Shown in pieces: positions 6,957-18,037 of a stretch of DNA of 60,114 bases. This DNA is from Bacteroidota bacterium. GTDB taxonomy: Bacteria; Bacteroidota; Bacteroidia; Chitinophagales; Saprospiraceae. The DNA lies in the NCBI GenBank assembly GCA_039024375.1, contig JBCCQK010000001.1, forward strand, positions 1 through 60,114, written 5' to 3'. Made by a program: the position numbers and the translations under genes. Numbering within the stretch: the first letter of the stretch is position 1; every line of letters starts with the position of its first letter. The notes under the pieces were generated by a model, which saw nothing but the letters and a program-made list of their open reading frames with translations, ran no database searches and was not told where the DNA came from.

Positions 6957-9392
6957 ATGCTTTTGAACTACTTAAAAATTGCTTTCCGTAACCTTATTCG
7001 ATTTCGAGGCTACACGCTCATCAACATGCTTGGTCTGACGCTAGGGCTAGTCGCTTGCTTATTAATTTTTCGCTACATTGGCGACGAATGGAGTGTTGAC
7101 CAACATCATTTGGATAAGGAAAATATCTACCGAATCAGTTCCGAATCTTCTCTTCGGAACGAACGCTCCGAAGGCGGACGAACGCCTTCTCCGTTGGCGA
7201 AAGCCCTGCAAGCCGATTTTCCCGAAATCGAAGCGAGCGCTAGGATATGCCAAGTATTCGACGTAGAAAAATTCTTAGTCAACTATAACAATCAAGCGTA
7301 TTTCGAAGAACGGGTAGTTTTTGCGGACAGTAATTTTTTTGAGTTACTGACCTACGAATTTCTGCAAGGCGACCGAAATACGGCACTCGACCAGCCGTTT
7401 TCGGTAGTGTTGTCTAGTGCAATGGCTAAAAAGCTATTTGGAAAAGACAATCCAATCGGTGAAACCATCGAAATCAGCAGTCATTATGGTGGTCAAAAAG
7501 ACTATCAAGTAACGGGTGTATTGAATGACCAAAAGTATCGGTCGCACATCGAAGGGGATTTTTTTATTTCGGCTCGTAGTGGCGCCATTGGAAAGGCGTA
7601 TTTTGACTTGCAAGAATGGGCGGGACTCAACCTATTTTACACCTACGTTCGACTGCGTCCCGAAACCAACGTAGCGGCGTTGACGGCGGCACTTCCCAAC
7701 TGGTTGGAAGGATACGCTGGCGACCGATTTCGAGAATTTGGCATTCAACGAACGTATAGTTTTACGCCCATTAGCGACGTTTACTTGAAAGCTGCGGGAG
7801 CGAATATTTTCGGGCCGAAAGGAAACGATACCTTGTTGTATATTCTGGCGGGCATTGCCACTTTTATTTTACTAATTGCTTGTATCAATTTTATGAATTT
7901 GGCGACGGCGAAAGCGAGTTTGCGTACCAAAGAAGTGGGCATCCGAAAAGCAGTGGGTGCCGACCGTTCGATGCTAATTCAACAATTTATGAGTGAAGCC
8001 TTTTTGTATGCCTTTTTAGCCGTCGTTTTGGGTTGCTTTTCCGCCGAATTGCTCTTACCTACTTTTAGCGCGTTGTTTGGACAATCTTTTACGGATACAA
8101 GTCTATTGAAATGGGAAGTTGTTCCTTGGCTATTGGGATTTGTGTTCGTTACAACTTTGGTAGCGGGTACCTATCCTGCTTTCTATTTATCCTCATTTAG
8201 TCCAGCTACTATTTTTAAAAATAGTACGGGACCCAAAGGAAATACCAGAAATGTTCGGCGAACTTTGGTCGCAATTCAGTTTATCATTTCAATCGGCTTG
8301 ATTCAAGGCGTATTGGTGATGCAACAGCAAATGGATTTTATTCAGAATAAAAGTTTAGGGTTTAATCCCGAAGCGAAGATAGTACTATCGCTGAACACTG
8401 ATGAAGCCAACCAAAATTATTCGACCCTACGGAATACGCTTTTGGAAAATGGTCAAGTCGAAGAAGTTGGAGCGGCGAGTGGCTATCCGGGCGAACCGAA
8501 CGGCGGTACTTTCTTCTACTACAAAGATGGTCAGATGCCCGACGAAGGTTTTCTGTGTGTCAATAGCACCGTAACGCCCGAATTTATGCAGGTCATGGAC
8601 TTCGAATTAGTAACGGGACGGCTATTTGACCCCAATCGTTTCGCCGACACGACGACTAAAGCCGTCATTACTGAGAAAACGATGCACGGTTTGGGGATGA
8701 CGGCGGATAATGTGCTAGGACAAACCATTTACATTAACTTCGAACAGGGTGAACAGCCCGGTTTTGAAATCATCGGGGTCATCAAAGACTATCACGACGT
8801 TTCGCTGCATCAAGAGATGCAGGGGCAAGTTTTTGATTGGAGTCCGCAATGGCCAACGCCCTACGTAGTCGCTTCGGTAAAAACCGAGAACGTATCTAGC
8901 CTACTAGCCGATATGGAACAAAGCTGGCAGCGGGTCAACCCCAACGAGCCTTTCGAATTTCAGTTTCTAGAAGACCGCCTGCAACAGAATTACGAAGCCG
9001 ACCAACGTCTTTCCCAACTGATTGTCTGGGGAACTTTACTCACCATTTTTATTTCCTGCTTAGGCCTATTTGGACTCATCACCTTTGCGGCCGAACGACG
9101 TGGGAAGGAAATAAGTATTCGAAAAGTGTTGGGGGCCTCTGTGCCTAGTATCGTCGCTTTATTATCCAGAGATTTTATTCAGTTGGTACTGTTGGCATTG
9201 CTTGCTGCCGCTCCCATCAGTTGGTACGTGATGCAGCAATGGCTGGACGGTTTTGCCTATCATATTGACGTGACTTATTGGACGGTCGTTGTGGCGGGCC
9301 TTTTTGCGGTATTGATTACGCTGTTGACCATTGGATTCCAAAGTGTCAAAGCCGCTACGGTCAATCCAATTCAGTCATTAAAAAGGGAGTAA
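6957..9392 (+). CDS. Double-FtsX (MacB-like) ABC transporter permease, paralog 2
   Basis: MLLNYLKIAFRNLIRFRGYT N-terminus. TKEVGIRKAVGA and RGKEISIRKVLGAS motifs. Only 29 nt after paralog 1. Confidence 0.9.
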   Translation: MLLNYLKIAFRNLIRFRGYTLINMLGLTLGLVACLLIFRYIGDEWSVDQHHLDKENIYRISSESSLRNERSEGGRTPSPLAKALQADFPEIEASARICQVFDVEKFLVNYNNQAYFEERVVFADSNFFELLTYEFLQGDRNTALDQPFSVVLSSAMAKKLFGKDNPIGETIEISSHYGGQKDYQVTGVLNDQKYRSHIEGDFFISARSGAIGKAYFDLQEWAGLNLFYTYVRLRPETNVAALTAALPNWLEGYAGDRFREFGIQRTYSFTPISDVYLKAAGANIFGPKGNDTLLYILAGIATFILLIACINFMNLATAKASLRTKEVGIRKAVGADRSMLIQQFMSEAFLYAFLAVVLGCFSAELLLPTFSALFGQSFTDTSLLKWEVVPWLLGFVFVTTLVAGTYPAFYLSSFSPATIFKNSTGPKGNTRNVRRTLVAIQFIISIGLIQGVLVMQQQMDFIQNKSLGFNPEAKIVLSLNTDEANQNYSTLRNTLLENGQVEEVGAASGYPGEPNGGTFFYYKDGQMPDEGFLCVNSTVTPEFMQVMDFELVTGRLFDPNRFADTTTKAVITEKTMHGLGMTADNVLGQTIYINFEQGEQPGFEIIGVIKDYHDVSLHQEMQGQVFDWSPQWPTPYVVASVKTENVSSLLADMEQSWQRVNPNEPFEFQFLEDRLQQNYEADQRLSQLIVWGTLLTIFISCLGLFGLITFAAERRGKEISIRKVLGASVPSIVALLSRDFIQLVLLALLAAAPISWYVMQQWLDGFAYHIDVTYWTVVVAGLFAVLITLLTIGFQSVKAATVNPIQSLKRE

Positions 9393-9436
9393 GTTCTCGG
9401 TGAATGCTCGTCTGGAGATGAGTAGATAGCGATTTC

Positions 9437-9615
9437 AAGTCTGGAGACCATAGCAGTCAGGCTAACGATTCGGCTTTACTACTTTTAAAAGTCAATTAGG
9501 TTAAAAACCTAAAAGATATTGATTTCAAGATGCAATCTTGAAATATCGCCACAATCATAAGTAGATGAATATCAACGGTCATGTTCTTAGCCTAACGGTT
9601 ATGGTCTGGAGACTT
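9437..9615. repeat. Nested palindromic intergenic element (~180 bp)
   Basis: Outer arms AAGTCTGGAGACCATA / TATGGTCTGGAGACTT. Central palindrome GATTTCAAGAT-GCA-ATCTTGAAAT. Confidence 0.6.
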
Positions 9616-9825
9616 AAAATATCGGTTGTATGGTTATATTGTTCTCGTAACACTTTGGCCTACAACAACCAGCCCGCCTAGCGGCAGTCGGGCGGGTATA
9701 ACCATTTAACAATATAGCCATCTAGCAATTTTAATTTTAATTGCACTAATGCTTTCATTCAATTTGATGACTTTTGATACAACCTACATCAACCATTATT
9801 TTTTCACCACTGACAGACAAAAAAT

Positions 9826-12201
9826 ATGTTAAAGAACAATTTCAAATTAGCTTTTCGCAGCCTTTTTCGCCAAAAAGGCTATTCTGTTATCAATATTGCT
9901 GGTTTATCCATTTCTTTAGCCGTCACCCTATTAATGTTACTTTGGGTACAAGATGAGTGGAGCACGAATAAATTTCACGAAAACGGCGACCGTATTTTTT
10001 ACGTCAAACGGACCATTCCCCAAGAAGGAGATAAATTAGCGGTTTATCCGAGTATTCCTTATCCAGTCATAGCTGCTGCCGAAAAAGAACTACCCGAGGT
10101 GGAAAAATACATGCCTATGGGCTTTAGTTTTCAAGAAAATGTAGTGCGTGGAGAACAGGCATTTCGGGCGACTGGCTCCTTCGGGAATATGGCTTACTTC
10201 GAGTCTTTTTCTTATCCCGTTTTGCAGGGAGACATCAGTGGACTGGACGAGGAAGTTCCCAATGTGGCCATATCCGAATCGTTAGCCAAAAAGTTTTTTG
10301 GCAATCTTTGGACAACCAATGCTATTGGCGAAGCCATTGAAATCAGTGATGCGGGAGCGTTCAATATTATTGCCATCTTCAAAGATTTTCCCGAAAATTC
10401 GTCCATACAATTGGAGTATGTGCAGTCTTTTGCTAATCATTTGAGCAAAAATGAGTGGATGAAGGAGTGGTCGAATACGGGTATGCAAGGGACAATTTTG
10501 CTGGCGGAAGGAGCAGACCCCATTGCCGTTGGCGAAAAGCTAGAGCGTCTTTTCAAAGACAAACAGGAAGCCGAACGGAAAGAAGGAATTTTGCTCCAAC
10601 GTTATGCAGACGATTACCTCTACGGGCAGTTTGACGAGCAAGCGCAGGTAGCGGGCGGACGAGTTGAATACGTGCAGATGTTCGGCATTGCCGCTTTGTT
10701 ACTATTGCTTATTTCTTGCATCAATTTTGTGAATTTGGCGACGGCGAGAGCTTCTAAAAGAGCCAAAGAAGTTGGGGTGCGAAAAACAATTGGAGCGGGT
10801 AAGTTGGCGCTCATCAAACAATTTATGGCCGAGGCCTTCGTCATAACGATTACCTCCGTTGGTTTAGCCATTTTACTAGCGGAGACCCTATTGCCAAACG
10901 TGCGTCTGATAACCGAGAAGATGCTGGATTTTGACTACACAAAAACTACTTTTTGGTTAAGTATTGCTACCGTTATTGTACTGACCACCTTGTTGTCAGG
11001 GGCCTACCCATCGTTTATCTTATCTGCTTTTAAACCCATCAATGCGCTGAAGGGGAAAGTGGCGCAAAGCAGTGGTAGCGTCCATTTCCGTAAAGGGTTG
11101 GTGATTATCCAATTTGTATTAGCGCTGTTGTTGGTGGTAGGGGCTTTTGTCGTCAAAGAGCAAGTTACGTACATTCAAAACAAGAATATTGGGCTTAATA
11201 AGGACAATTTGCTCATTGTTCAAAGAGAAGAAAAAGTTGCCGCAGCGTACGAAGTGCTGAAAAATGAGTTATTGCAGGCAGAAGGCATCGAAAAATTAAC
11301 CTCCGCAGGCCCGACACCCATCGATTTGCAGGCCTCCACTAGTGGAGTTGTTTGGGAAGGAAAAAGAGCAGACCAAGAGAACGAAGAATTTCAGATATTA
11401 TGGACCGAGAGCAATTTCTTGGAGGTCTTTGAAATCGAACTGGCGAGTGGTCGCTTCTACCGAGAAGGTACCCAGATTGACTCAAATAGTATAGTGCTCA
11501 ACCAAAAGGCAGTAGAAATGATGGGCTTAGCGGAAGACCCCATTGGACAAGTTATTCAATTTTGGGGCCAACCGACCCAAATCATCGGCGTAGTGGAAGA
11601 TTTTAATAATCGTTCGTTGTACGAAGATATTGAACCTACGGCCATTCTACTAGACCCCGAATCCACTTGGTCTCTTTTTATTAAAGTCAAAGATGGCCAG
11701 CTGAGCGAAGCGATTACTAGCGTTCAGAAAGTATTTGGAGAGGTTGTACCAGAAGTTCCACTTCATTACGAGTTCTTGGACAAGCAGTACCAGCAGGTTT
11801 ATAAAAGCGAGGTATTGACTGGAACATTGGCCAATTATTTTGCCTTCATTTCCATTTTCATTGCCTGTTTAGGCTTGTTTGGGCTTTCTACCTTTTTTGC
11901 CGAACAGCGCACTAAAGAAATTGGCATCCGTAAAGTACTCGGTGCTTCCCTAACGAACTTGGTCGTATTGCTATCCAAAGAATTTTTACTGCTCGTGAGT
12001 ATAGGATTAGTGGTTGGCATCCCCGTGGCCTACTACCTGCTGAGTAACTGGTTAGACAATTTTGCTTTTAATATCCAATTAGAATGGTGGATGTTTGTGC
12101 TGCCCATCGTCATTGCCGTTTGCGTGGCGGCTACCACCGTCAGTATTCAAGCTATTCGAACGGCGATTATCAATCCCATTAAAAGTATCAAAATAGAATA
12201 A
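9826..12201 (+). CDS. Double-FtsX (MacB-like) ABC transporter permease, paralog 3
   Basis: MLKNNFKLAFRSLFRQKGYS N-terminus. AKEVGVRKTIGAGK and RTKEIGIRKVLGAS motifs. Confidence 0.9.
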   Translation: MLKNNFKLAFRSLFRQKGYSVINIAGLSISLAVTLLMLLWVQDEWSTNKFHENGDRIFYVKRTIPQEGDKLAVYPSIPYPVIAAAEKELPEVEKYMPMGFSFQENVVRGEQAFRATGSFGNMAYFESFSYPVLQGDISGLDEEVPNVAISESLAKKFFGNLWTTNAIGEAIEISDAGAFNIIAIFKDFPENSSIQLEYVQSFANHLSKNEWMKEWSNTGMQGTILLAEGADPIAVGEKLERLFKDKQEAERKEGILLQRYADDYLYGQFDEQAQVAGGRVEYVQMFGIAALLLLLISCINFVNLATARASKRAKEVGVRKTIGAGKLALIKQFMAEAFVITITSVGLAILLAETLLPNVRLITEKMLDFDYTKTTFWLSIATVIVLTTLLSGAYPSFILSAFKPINALKGKVAQSSGSVHFRKGLVIIQFVLALLLVVGAFVVKEQVTYIQNKNIGLNKDNLLIVQREEKVAAAYEVLKNELLQAEGIEKLTSAGPTPIDLQASTSGVVWEGKRADQENEEFQILWTESNFLEVFEIELASGRFYREGTQIDSNSIVLNQKAVEMMGLAEDPIGQVIQFWGQPTQIIGVVEDFNNRSLYEDIEPTAILLDPESTWSLFIKVKDGQLSEAITSVQKVFGEVVPEVPLHYEFLDKQYQQVYKSEVLTGTLANYFAFISIFIACLGLFGLSTFFAEQRTKEIGIRKVLGASLTNLVVLLSKEFLLLVSIGLVVGIPVAYYLLSNWLDNFAFNIQLEWWMFVLPIVIAVCVAATTVSIQAIRTAIINPIKSIKIE

Positions 12202-12590
12202 TTAATTCAAGTTGCGGACTAAGTTTCTTGAATCTTAAGCAGGTGATACTTTGCCAGTCTATTGACACCCCACATCCTTTTAGAGATGAAAAGGTGCAGC
12301 GCACCGATAACATTTGTATCAAAAGTTGGTCAAAACGCTCCAAAGGTGCAGCGCACCGTCCACATTAAACCTTATTTTTAACAAATGTGGACGGTGCACT
12401 GCACCTTTGAGACCTACTTTCAGCAGCAGGTGATACAAATATTATCGGTACTCCGTACCTTATTTACCCTAAAGTAACCTTGTGGGGTGTCGTTAGACTT
12501 TGCCAGTATCTCCTGCTTTTTGGGAAGATATAAGAAAGAGATGCTGGCAAAGCATCGCTTTCTACTTCTTCTACGCAACTCGAATTAATT
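12200..12590. repeat. Nested-palindrome element, copy 2, with an extra outer inverted repeat (AATTAATTCAAGTTGCG / CGCAACTCGAATTAATT)
   Basis: The core 12236-12564 matches 4018-4345. The outer arms begin inside the stop codon of paralog 3. Confidence 0.85.
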
Positions 12591-12636
12591 ACTGAGAATT
12601 AGGCTTGTATGGAGTTTTTTCAAAAAAGACTAAATT

Positions 12637-12755
12637 AGGACTGATTCAATACAGATTGGGCAAGATTTAACTGATTTTTACAGATTTCAAACTCAAATGG
12701 CTGAAAAAATCAGCGAAAATCTGTCGAATCCGTTCAATCAGTGTTGAATAAAGTC
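12637..12755. repeat. Intergenic repeat family D (GATTCAATACAGATT / AAAATCTGT / CAATCAGTGTT word repeats, palindromic)
   Basis: The outer arms GGACTGATTCAA / TTGAATAAAGTCC are imperfect. Shares ATCAGTGTT and overall organisation with 45476-45545. Confidence 0.5.
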
Positions 12756-13034
12756 CCAATTTGTAAACGGTAGGTCGCTCCTTCTGAGCTAGCGTTCTCT
12801 CTCCATTCTTTTCACAGGGCTTTCACCTTGAGTTAACATATAGCACACCTTTGATGCGCATGCGTAACATTGGTAATAAGGTTGACCAAATCCGAACACT
12901 AGCTGTCCGATTGTGGACAAGAATTTAGGATTAGGAGGGTTTGTTATTTTCGCAGAATGTTGATTTATAATGGGTTATGATTTTGGTACAGACATTGGTT
13001 TCTATCAGGTAAGCCGTGAAAAATACAAAATGCC

Positions 13035-15413
13035 ATGTTAATCAACTATCTTAAAATTGCTATAAGAACCTTTCGCAGACACACTTCTTACACCGCCATC
13101 AATGTGGTCGGTTTAACCGTTAGCCTCGCTTGTGGTTTGATGATGTTGCTTTGGGTACAAGACGAATACGCCCAAGACCGCCACTACCAAAACAGCGAAC
13201 AAATTTACCGCCTGTGGCGAAATTTTCCCGATGACAGTGGAGTTATCCAAACTAAAGGAACGGTGCCGTATCGAGTAGCGGATGCCCTACCCGAAAAATT
13301 TCCCACGATAGAAAAAGCGGCGGCTTATCGTCCTTTCGGAAAAGTAGTTTTGCGAAAAGGCGACCAAGAATTCTTGGAAAACGGCGGCATGGGACATTTC
13401 GCTTGGTTCGATATTTTTTCCATTCCATTAGTTCAAGGAACGATGGACGGGGCGGACGAAAAATTGGACGGTATTTTTATTTCCCAACAATTAGCCGAGC
13501 TCTATTTTGGAGAAACTTGGCAAGAAGGAGTCATTGGACAAACGATGGAGGTGGATGGACGAGATTTGGGCAAGGTTACTTTGCAAGTGTTAGGAGTTTT
13601 TGAAAACTTACCTGACTACGCTAGTTTTGATTTTGAGTTTTTCACGAATGTTCGACAGTTTGCGAAAGACCACGGAAATTGGGCAAGTTGGCGAAGTAGT
13701 GCCTTTTGGACTTATTTTAAACTAGAAAAAGGCGCAAACGTTACCGATTTGAAAGAGCCGTTCGCCGCTTTGGTGGGCGAAAATGGCGGGTCTAAAAATT
13801 TAGCGCTTTATCCCCAACAAATGGGAGACACCTATCTCTACGCTCAATTTGAAAACGGAGAAGCTGCTGGAGGTCGCATTATTTATGTTCGGATTTTCTT
13901 TTTTGCGTCCTTGTTCTTAATGTTAATGGCCTGTATCAACTTTGTGAATTTGGCAACGGTGCAAGCAACCCGACGGTCGGGTGAAGTAGGGGTAAGAAAG
14001 GTAATCGGTGCGGGAAAATCGTCGCTGTTTTTTCAGTACATGGCGGAAGCCGTACTTATCACGCTGACGGGAGTTATCCTCGCCGTACTGTTGTGTGAAG
14101 CCTGTTTACCTTATGCCAATCAATTACTAGACAAAGAAATGAGTCTCAATTTTCGAGACACTCAACTGTGGATGACCTTACTGTCTATCACTGCCATTGT
14201 AAGTCTTTTAGCTGGAGCTTATCCTGCGTTACTACTGTCTTCTTTACCGATTACGAACATTTTAAAAAACAAACTTAGTAGCCAATTTAATAGCAATACG
14301 CTACGCAAAGGATTGGTCGTTACGCAGTTTGTACTAGCGGCGCTAGTATTGACCTCTAGTTTGATTATCCAACAACAAGTTCACTTTATCCAGCACAAGA
14401 ATCTGGGCATGGACCGCAATCAAATAATTCAACTCAAAGTGCCCAACGAATTGGATGGGAAAACGCACGAATTGAAAAATGCGTTATTGACGAGTTCTGC
14501 CATCACAGAAGTGAGTCAGATGCAACAATCGCCGATTAATATTGGCCGTGCTACCGACGATTTTAGCTGGCCGGGTAAAGCACCCGATTTGGAAACGAGA
14601 ATTCAAATTGTCTATGCCGACCGTGACTTGCAATCTATTTATAAAATGGAAATGGTTGAGGGAGCATTTCACCGAAAGGAAGTGATAAATGACTACACGG
14701 ATGAATTGGTTTTGAACGAAAAAGCGATTGCCTTGATGGGATTGAAAGACCCCGTGGGCAAAACGATTCGCCTAGGTAATGAACCTTTGAAAATTATCGG
14801 AGTGGTAAAAGATTTTCACGCCAACTCCATGCACGACGCCATTCAACCTTTAGCTATTTTTAACGATACCGAAGAAGCCGACGAATTGTCCATCCGCTAC
14901 GAAGAAGGAAATGTAAAAGAGGCGATTCATCATTTAGAAACGACCTATCAGCAATTTGTGGGCGACGCCTCGATACAATTTCAATTCTTGGACGAAGCCT
15001 ACAATCGAATGTACCAAAGTGAATTACTCATTGGCAAATTAGCTAATTTTTTCACCATCATCGCTCTATTTATTTCTACGCTTGGTCTATTGGGCTTGAT
15101 TGGATTTATGGCCGACCAACGCACCAAAGAAATTGGCATCCGCAAAGTATTGGGTGCTTCGGTCGGCAGCATTGTAGGATTATTATCTAAAGATTTACTA
15201 CGCTTGGTTTTCATTGCCTTCGTGATTGCCGTGCCGATTACGTGGTATTTTGTACAGGATTGGCTGCAAAACTTTGCCTACAAAGTGGAAATTCAGTGGT
15301 GGATGTTTATCGTAGCGGGGGTAGGCTTATTGCTAACGGCTTTGCTGACGCTGAGTGTACAAAGCATTCGGGCAGCTATGGTGAATCCGATTAAGTCGTT
15401 AAAGAGTGATTGA
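13035..15413 (+). CDS. Double-FtsX (MacB-like) ABC transporter permease, paralog 4
   Basis: MLINYLKIAIRTFRRHTSYT N-terminus. SGEVGVRKVIGAGK and RTKEIGIRKVLGAS motifs. Looks closest to paralog 3 by eye (LLMLLWVQDE, CINFVNLAT). Confidence 0.9.
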   Translation: MLINYLKIAIRTFRRHTSYTAINVVGLTVSLACGLMMLLWVQDEYAQDRHYQNSEQIYRLWRNFPDDSGVIQTKGTVPYRVADALPEKFPTIEKAAAYRPFGKVVLRKGDQEFLENGGMGHFAWFDIFSIPLVQGTMDGADEKLDGIFISQQLAELYFGETWQEGVIGQTMEVDGRDLGKVTLQVLGVFENLPDYASFDFEFFTNVRQFAKDHGNWASWRSSAFWTYFKLEKGANVTDLKEPFAALVGENGGSKNLALYPQQMGDTYLYAQFENGEAAGGRIIYVRIFFFASLFLMLMACINFVNLATVQATRRSGEVGVRKVIGAGKSSLFFQYMAEAVLITLTGVILAVLLCEACLPYANQLLDKEMSLNFRDTQLWMTLLSITAIVSLLAGAYPALLLSSLPITNILKNKLSSQFNSNTLRKGLVVTQFVLAALVLTSSLIIQQQVHFIQHKNLGMDRNQIIQLKVPNELDGKTHELKNALLTSSAITEVSQMQQSPINIGRATDDFSWPGKAPDLETRIQIVYADRDLQSIYKMEMVEGAFHRKEVINDYTDELVLNEKAIALMGLKDPVGKTIRLGNEPLKIIGVVKDFHANSMHDAIQPLAIFNDTEEADELSIRYEEGNVKEAIHHLETTYQQFVGDASIQFQFLDEAYNRMYQSELLIGKLANFFTIIALFISTLGLLGLIGFMADQRTKEIGIRKVLGASVGSIVGLLSKDLLRLVFIAFVIAVPITWYFVQDWLQNFAYKVEIQWWMFIVAGVGLLLTALLTLSVQSIRAAMVNPIKSLKSD

Positions 15414-15434
15414 TTACAAGTTGTTCAGCACTCA

Positions 15435-15499
15435 TTTTTTACCACACAGAAATAGAGCTCACAAAGCGCATGGAGTTCTTTTTCGAGCGTAGTTTTGAC
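15435..15499 (+). repeat. Intergenic repeat family C, copy 2
   Basis: TTTTTTACCACACAGAAATAGAGCTCACAAAGCGCATGGAGTTCTTTTTCGAGCGTAGTTTTGAC. Confidence 0.6.
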
Positions 15500-15601
15500 T
15501 ACCGAGGAGTTCGATGTATCAAGGCTTCAGACCTGCTCGCAAGCATTCAAGCGGGCTTGATACGCATATTTGCAGGTCTCCTGACCTGCATGGAGTTGCC
15601 A

Positions 15602-15637
15602 CACTAGTCACTAGTCAACCAATCACTAATCACTAAC
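15602..15637 (+). repeat. Heptamer-periodic leader tract (CACTAGT CACTAGT CAACCAA TCACTAA TCACTAA) ending 4 nt before the start codon
   Basis: A near-identical tract in the same gene-relative orientation lies at 57407-57443, upstream of the NRPS-PKS start codon. Confidence 0.7.
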
Positions 15638-15640
15638 AAA

Positions 15641-18037
15641 ATGTTTAAAATTTACTTAAAAATAGCGTACCGAAGTTTATTAAAAAATCGACTATTTACG
15701 GCTATCAATACGACTGGTTTGGCGCTCGGAATGTCGGCGGCTATCCTCATTTTTTTGTGGGTACAAAACGAGTTGAATTTTGACAATCACCATGCCGATG
15801 CCGACCGAATTCACCGAGTTATTACGCACCTAGATGTGGGGAACGAAATCTGGGATTGGTGGACGACACCTTTGTCTTTTGCCGAAATTGCTGCTGAAGA
15901 AATCCCCGAAATTGACCAGTTGACCAAGTTTAGACGGCGGCATTCGACCAATTTAAAAACCGGAACGGGACAGTTATTCAAAGAAATTTCCTTTGGCTAC
16001 ATCGACGAAAATTGGTTTAACCTTTTTGATTACGACGTATTAGCAGGAAGCGTCAATCAGTTTAACGAAAATATTTATAGCCTTGCGTTGACGGCTTCCA
16101 AAGCCCAAAAACTATTCGGCTACGAAGCCGCTTTGGGACAAACGGTTTACATTGATTCGGTGGGCTACACAGTAAACATGATACTCGCCGATAATCCCGC
16201 CAATACCGTGCTAACCTTCGATGGATTTATGCCGCTAGCAGCGCATTTATCCGTGGCGAACAACGCTGATGATGATAAGTCTTGGGGTAATTTCAATTAT
16301 TTGACTTTTGTCAAATTAAAAGGAAATGCGCCGATGAAGGTCGTCGAAGAAAAAATGGTGGCCATTCTGGATGAGTACAGAACGAGCGAAACACAGCAAA
16401 ATAACGCCGCCGTATCGCTAGAAGCGCTGTCGGATATTCGATTCAGTGAGACGGTGACGGACGATATTTTTACGCACCAAAACGCACAAATCGTTTACGT
16501 ATTAGCCATCATCGGCTTACTACTTTTATTGGCGGCTAGTTTTAACTACATCAACCTATCAACGGCGTTGGTCAACAAGCGGGTAAAGGAGATTGGGGTC
16601 AAAAAGGTAATTGGTGCTTCTTTTCAGCACGTTTTTTTTCAACTACTCATTGAAACGGGATTAATCAGTTTATTTGCCTTGGTGCTGGCAGTAGGACTCG
16701 CCCAATTGGGGATGCCCTTTCTTCGAAACATTACGGAATTACCGCTCCAAATAGACTTTAGGGCCCCACAAATTTGGGGATTATTAGTAGGCGTAGCTAC
16801 GTTGAGTACGCTCTTGGCGGGCATTTACCCCGCAGCGCTCTTTGCTGGCTTTCGGCCCATTCGGTTAATTAAAGGAAAATTACTATCGGAGAAAGGCGTT
16901 TCTCTGCGCAAAGGTTTAGTCGTTGCGCAGTTTGCTACGGCCATCATTTTTGCGACAAGTACTTTTTTTATTTATCAACAATTGCAATTCATCCAGCAAA
17001 AAAACGTAGGATACGACCGTTCCTACGTCCTTAAAATTGAAAAAGGATTTTCGAATGAAGACTGGCGAACCGCCTTTGCCAAATTTGGCCGCTTTGGCGA
17101 ATCGCTAAAGGACATTCCCGAATTTGAAGGGGTGGCGATGACGAATGGTTCGTTGGTGCAAATCAATAGCTCTACTGCCGGTAATTTGGATTGGGATGGG
17201 AAACCAGCCGACGAAAGCGCCCCCATTTTTACGCTGCAAGCAGACGAAAGTTTGCTGTCCGTTTTTGATTTACAAATGACTGACGGGCGTTGGTTTGACA
17301 AAGCGCTAGCTTCCGATAAAAATAATGTCATCATCAACGAAGCGGCGGCGGCTACCTACGATTTTCCACGCCCCTTGGTAGGTTCGACCATCAAATTTCG
17401 AGGAAAATCGGGTAAAATCATTGGCGTGGCCAAAGACTTTCATTTCAAGAGTTTGCACGAAAAAATTGACCCACTCATCATTTCTTACAATGGGGAATTT
17501 AAAAATACCATTTTGGCAAAAGTGAACGGTAAAACGGGCCCTGCTGCCCTAGAGAAAGCACAACAGCAGTTCGCTACGTTTTTCCCCGATACTCCCTTTG
17601 ACTATACGTTTTTAGACGATACGTTCGAAAAAATGCACGAGTCGGAAGCGAAGGTTACTTTCCTATTCCAGATTTTTGCGGGACTCCTATTGTTCATTTC
17701 CTGTTTGGGTTTATTTGGCTTAGCCACCTTTGCCGTCGAACGGCGCATCAAAGAGATTGGCATTAGAAAAGTCTTGGGCGCCAATACGCAAATTATTGTT
17801 CGCCTACTCTCCAAAGACTTCCTCCAACTGATTGTATTAGCCATGGTCATCGCAGCGCCGATTGCTTGGTTGATAACTCAAAATTGGTTGAATAACTACG
17901 CTTATCACATTGAGATACAGTGGTGGGTATTCTTGGTCATTGGTTCGGGTACATTACTACTAGCTCTTTTGACCGTTGGGACACAAGGCGTGAAAGCTGC
18001 GCTGATGAATCCCGCAGAAGTATTGAAAAATGAGTGA
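15641..18037 (+). CDS. Double-FtsX (MacB-like) ABC transporter permease, paralog 5
   Basis: MFKIYLKIAYRSLLKNRLFT N-terminus. VKEIGVKKVIGAS and RIKEIGIRKVLGAN motifs. Confidence 0.9.
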   Translation: MFKIYLKIAYRSLLKNRLFTAINTTGLALGMSAAILIFLWVQNELNFDNHHADADRIHRVITHLDVGNEIWDWWTTPLSFAEIAAEEIPEIDQLTKFRRRHSTNLKTGTGQLFKEISFGYIDENWFNLFDYDVLAGSVNQFNENIYSLALTASKAQKLFGYEAALGQTVYIDSVGYTVNMILADNPANTVLTFDGFMPLAAHLSVANNADDDKSWGNFNYLTFVKLKGNAPMKVVEEKMVAILDEYRTSETQQNNAAVSLEALSDIRFSETVTDDIFTHQNAQIVYVLAIIGLLLLLAASFNYINLSTALVNKRVKEIGVKKVIGASFQHVFFQLLIETGLISLFALVLAVGLAQLGMPFLRNITELPLQIDFRAPQIWGLLVGVATLSTLLAGIYPAALFAGFRPIRLIKGKLLSEKGVSLRKGLVVAQFATAIIFATSTFFIYQQLQFIQQKNVGYDRSYVLKIEKGFSNEDWRTAFAKFGRFGESLKDIPEFEGVAMTNGSLVQINSSTAGNLDWDGKPADESAPIFTLQADESLLSVFDLQMTDGRWFDKALASDKNNVIINEAAAATYDFPRPLVGSTIKFRGKSGKIIGVAKDFHFKSLHEKIDPLIISYNGEFKNTILAKVNGKTGPAALEKAQQQFATFFPDTPFDYTFLDDTFEKMHESEAKVTFLFQIFAGLLLFISCLGLFGLATFAVERRIKEIGIRKVLGANTQIIVRLLSKDFLQLIVLAMVIAAPIAWLITQNWLNNYAYHIEIQWWVFLVIGSGTLLLALLTVGTQGVKAALMNPAEVLKNE

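Noticed and set aside
15410-15607. 65-aa ORF in the spacer between permeases 4 and 5. Similar cases are the 9774-9956, 45509-45697, 57732-57968 and 57747-57956 ORFs.
   Set aside because: All are translated across palindromic or periodic repeat elements, and 57732-57968 and 57747-57956 are mutual antisense over a hairpin. They are most likely artefacts.
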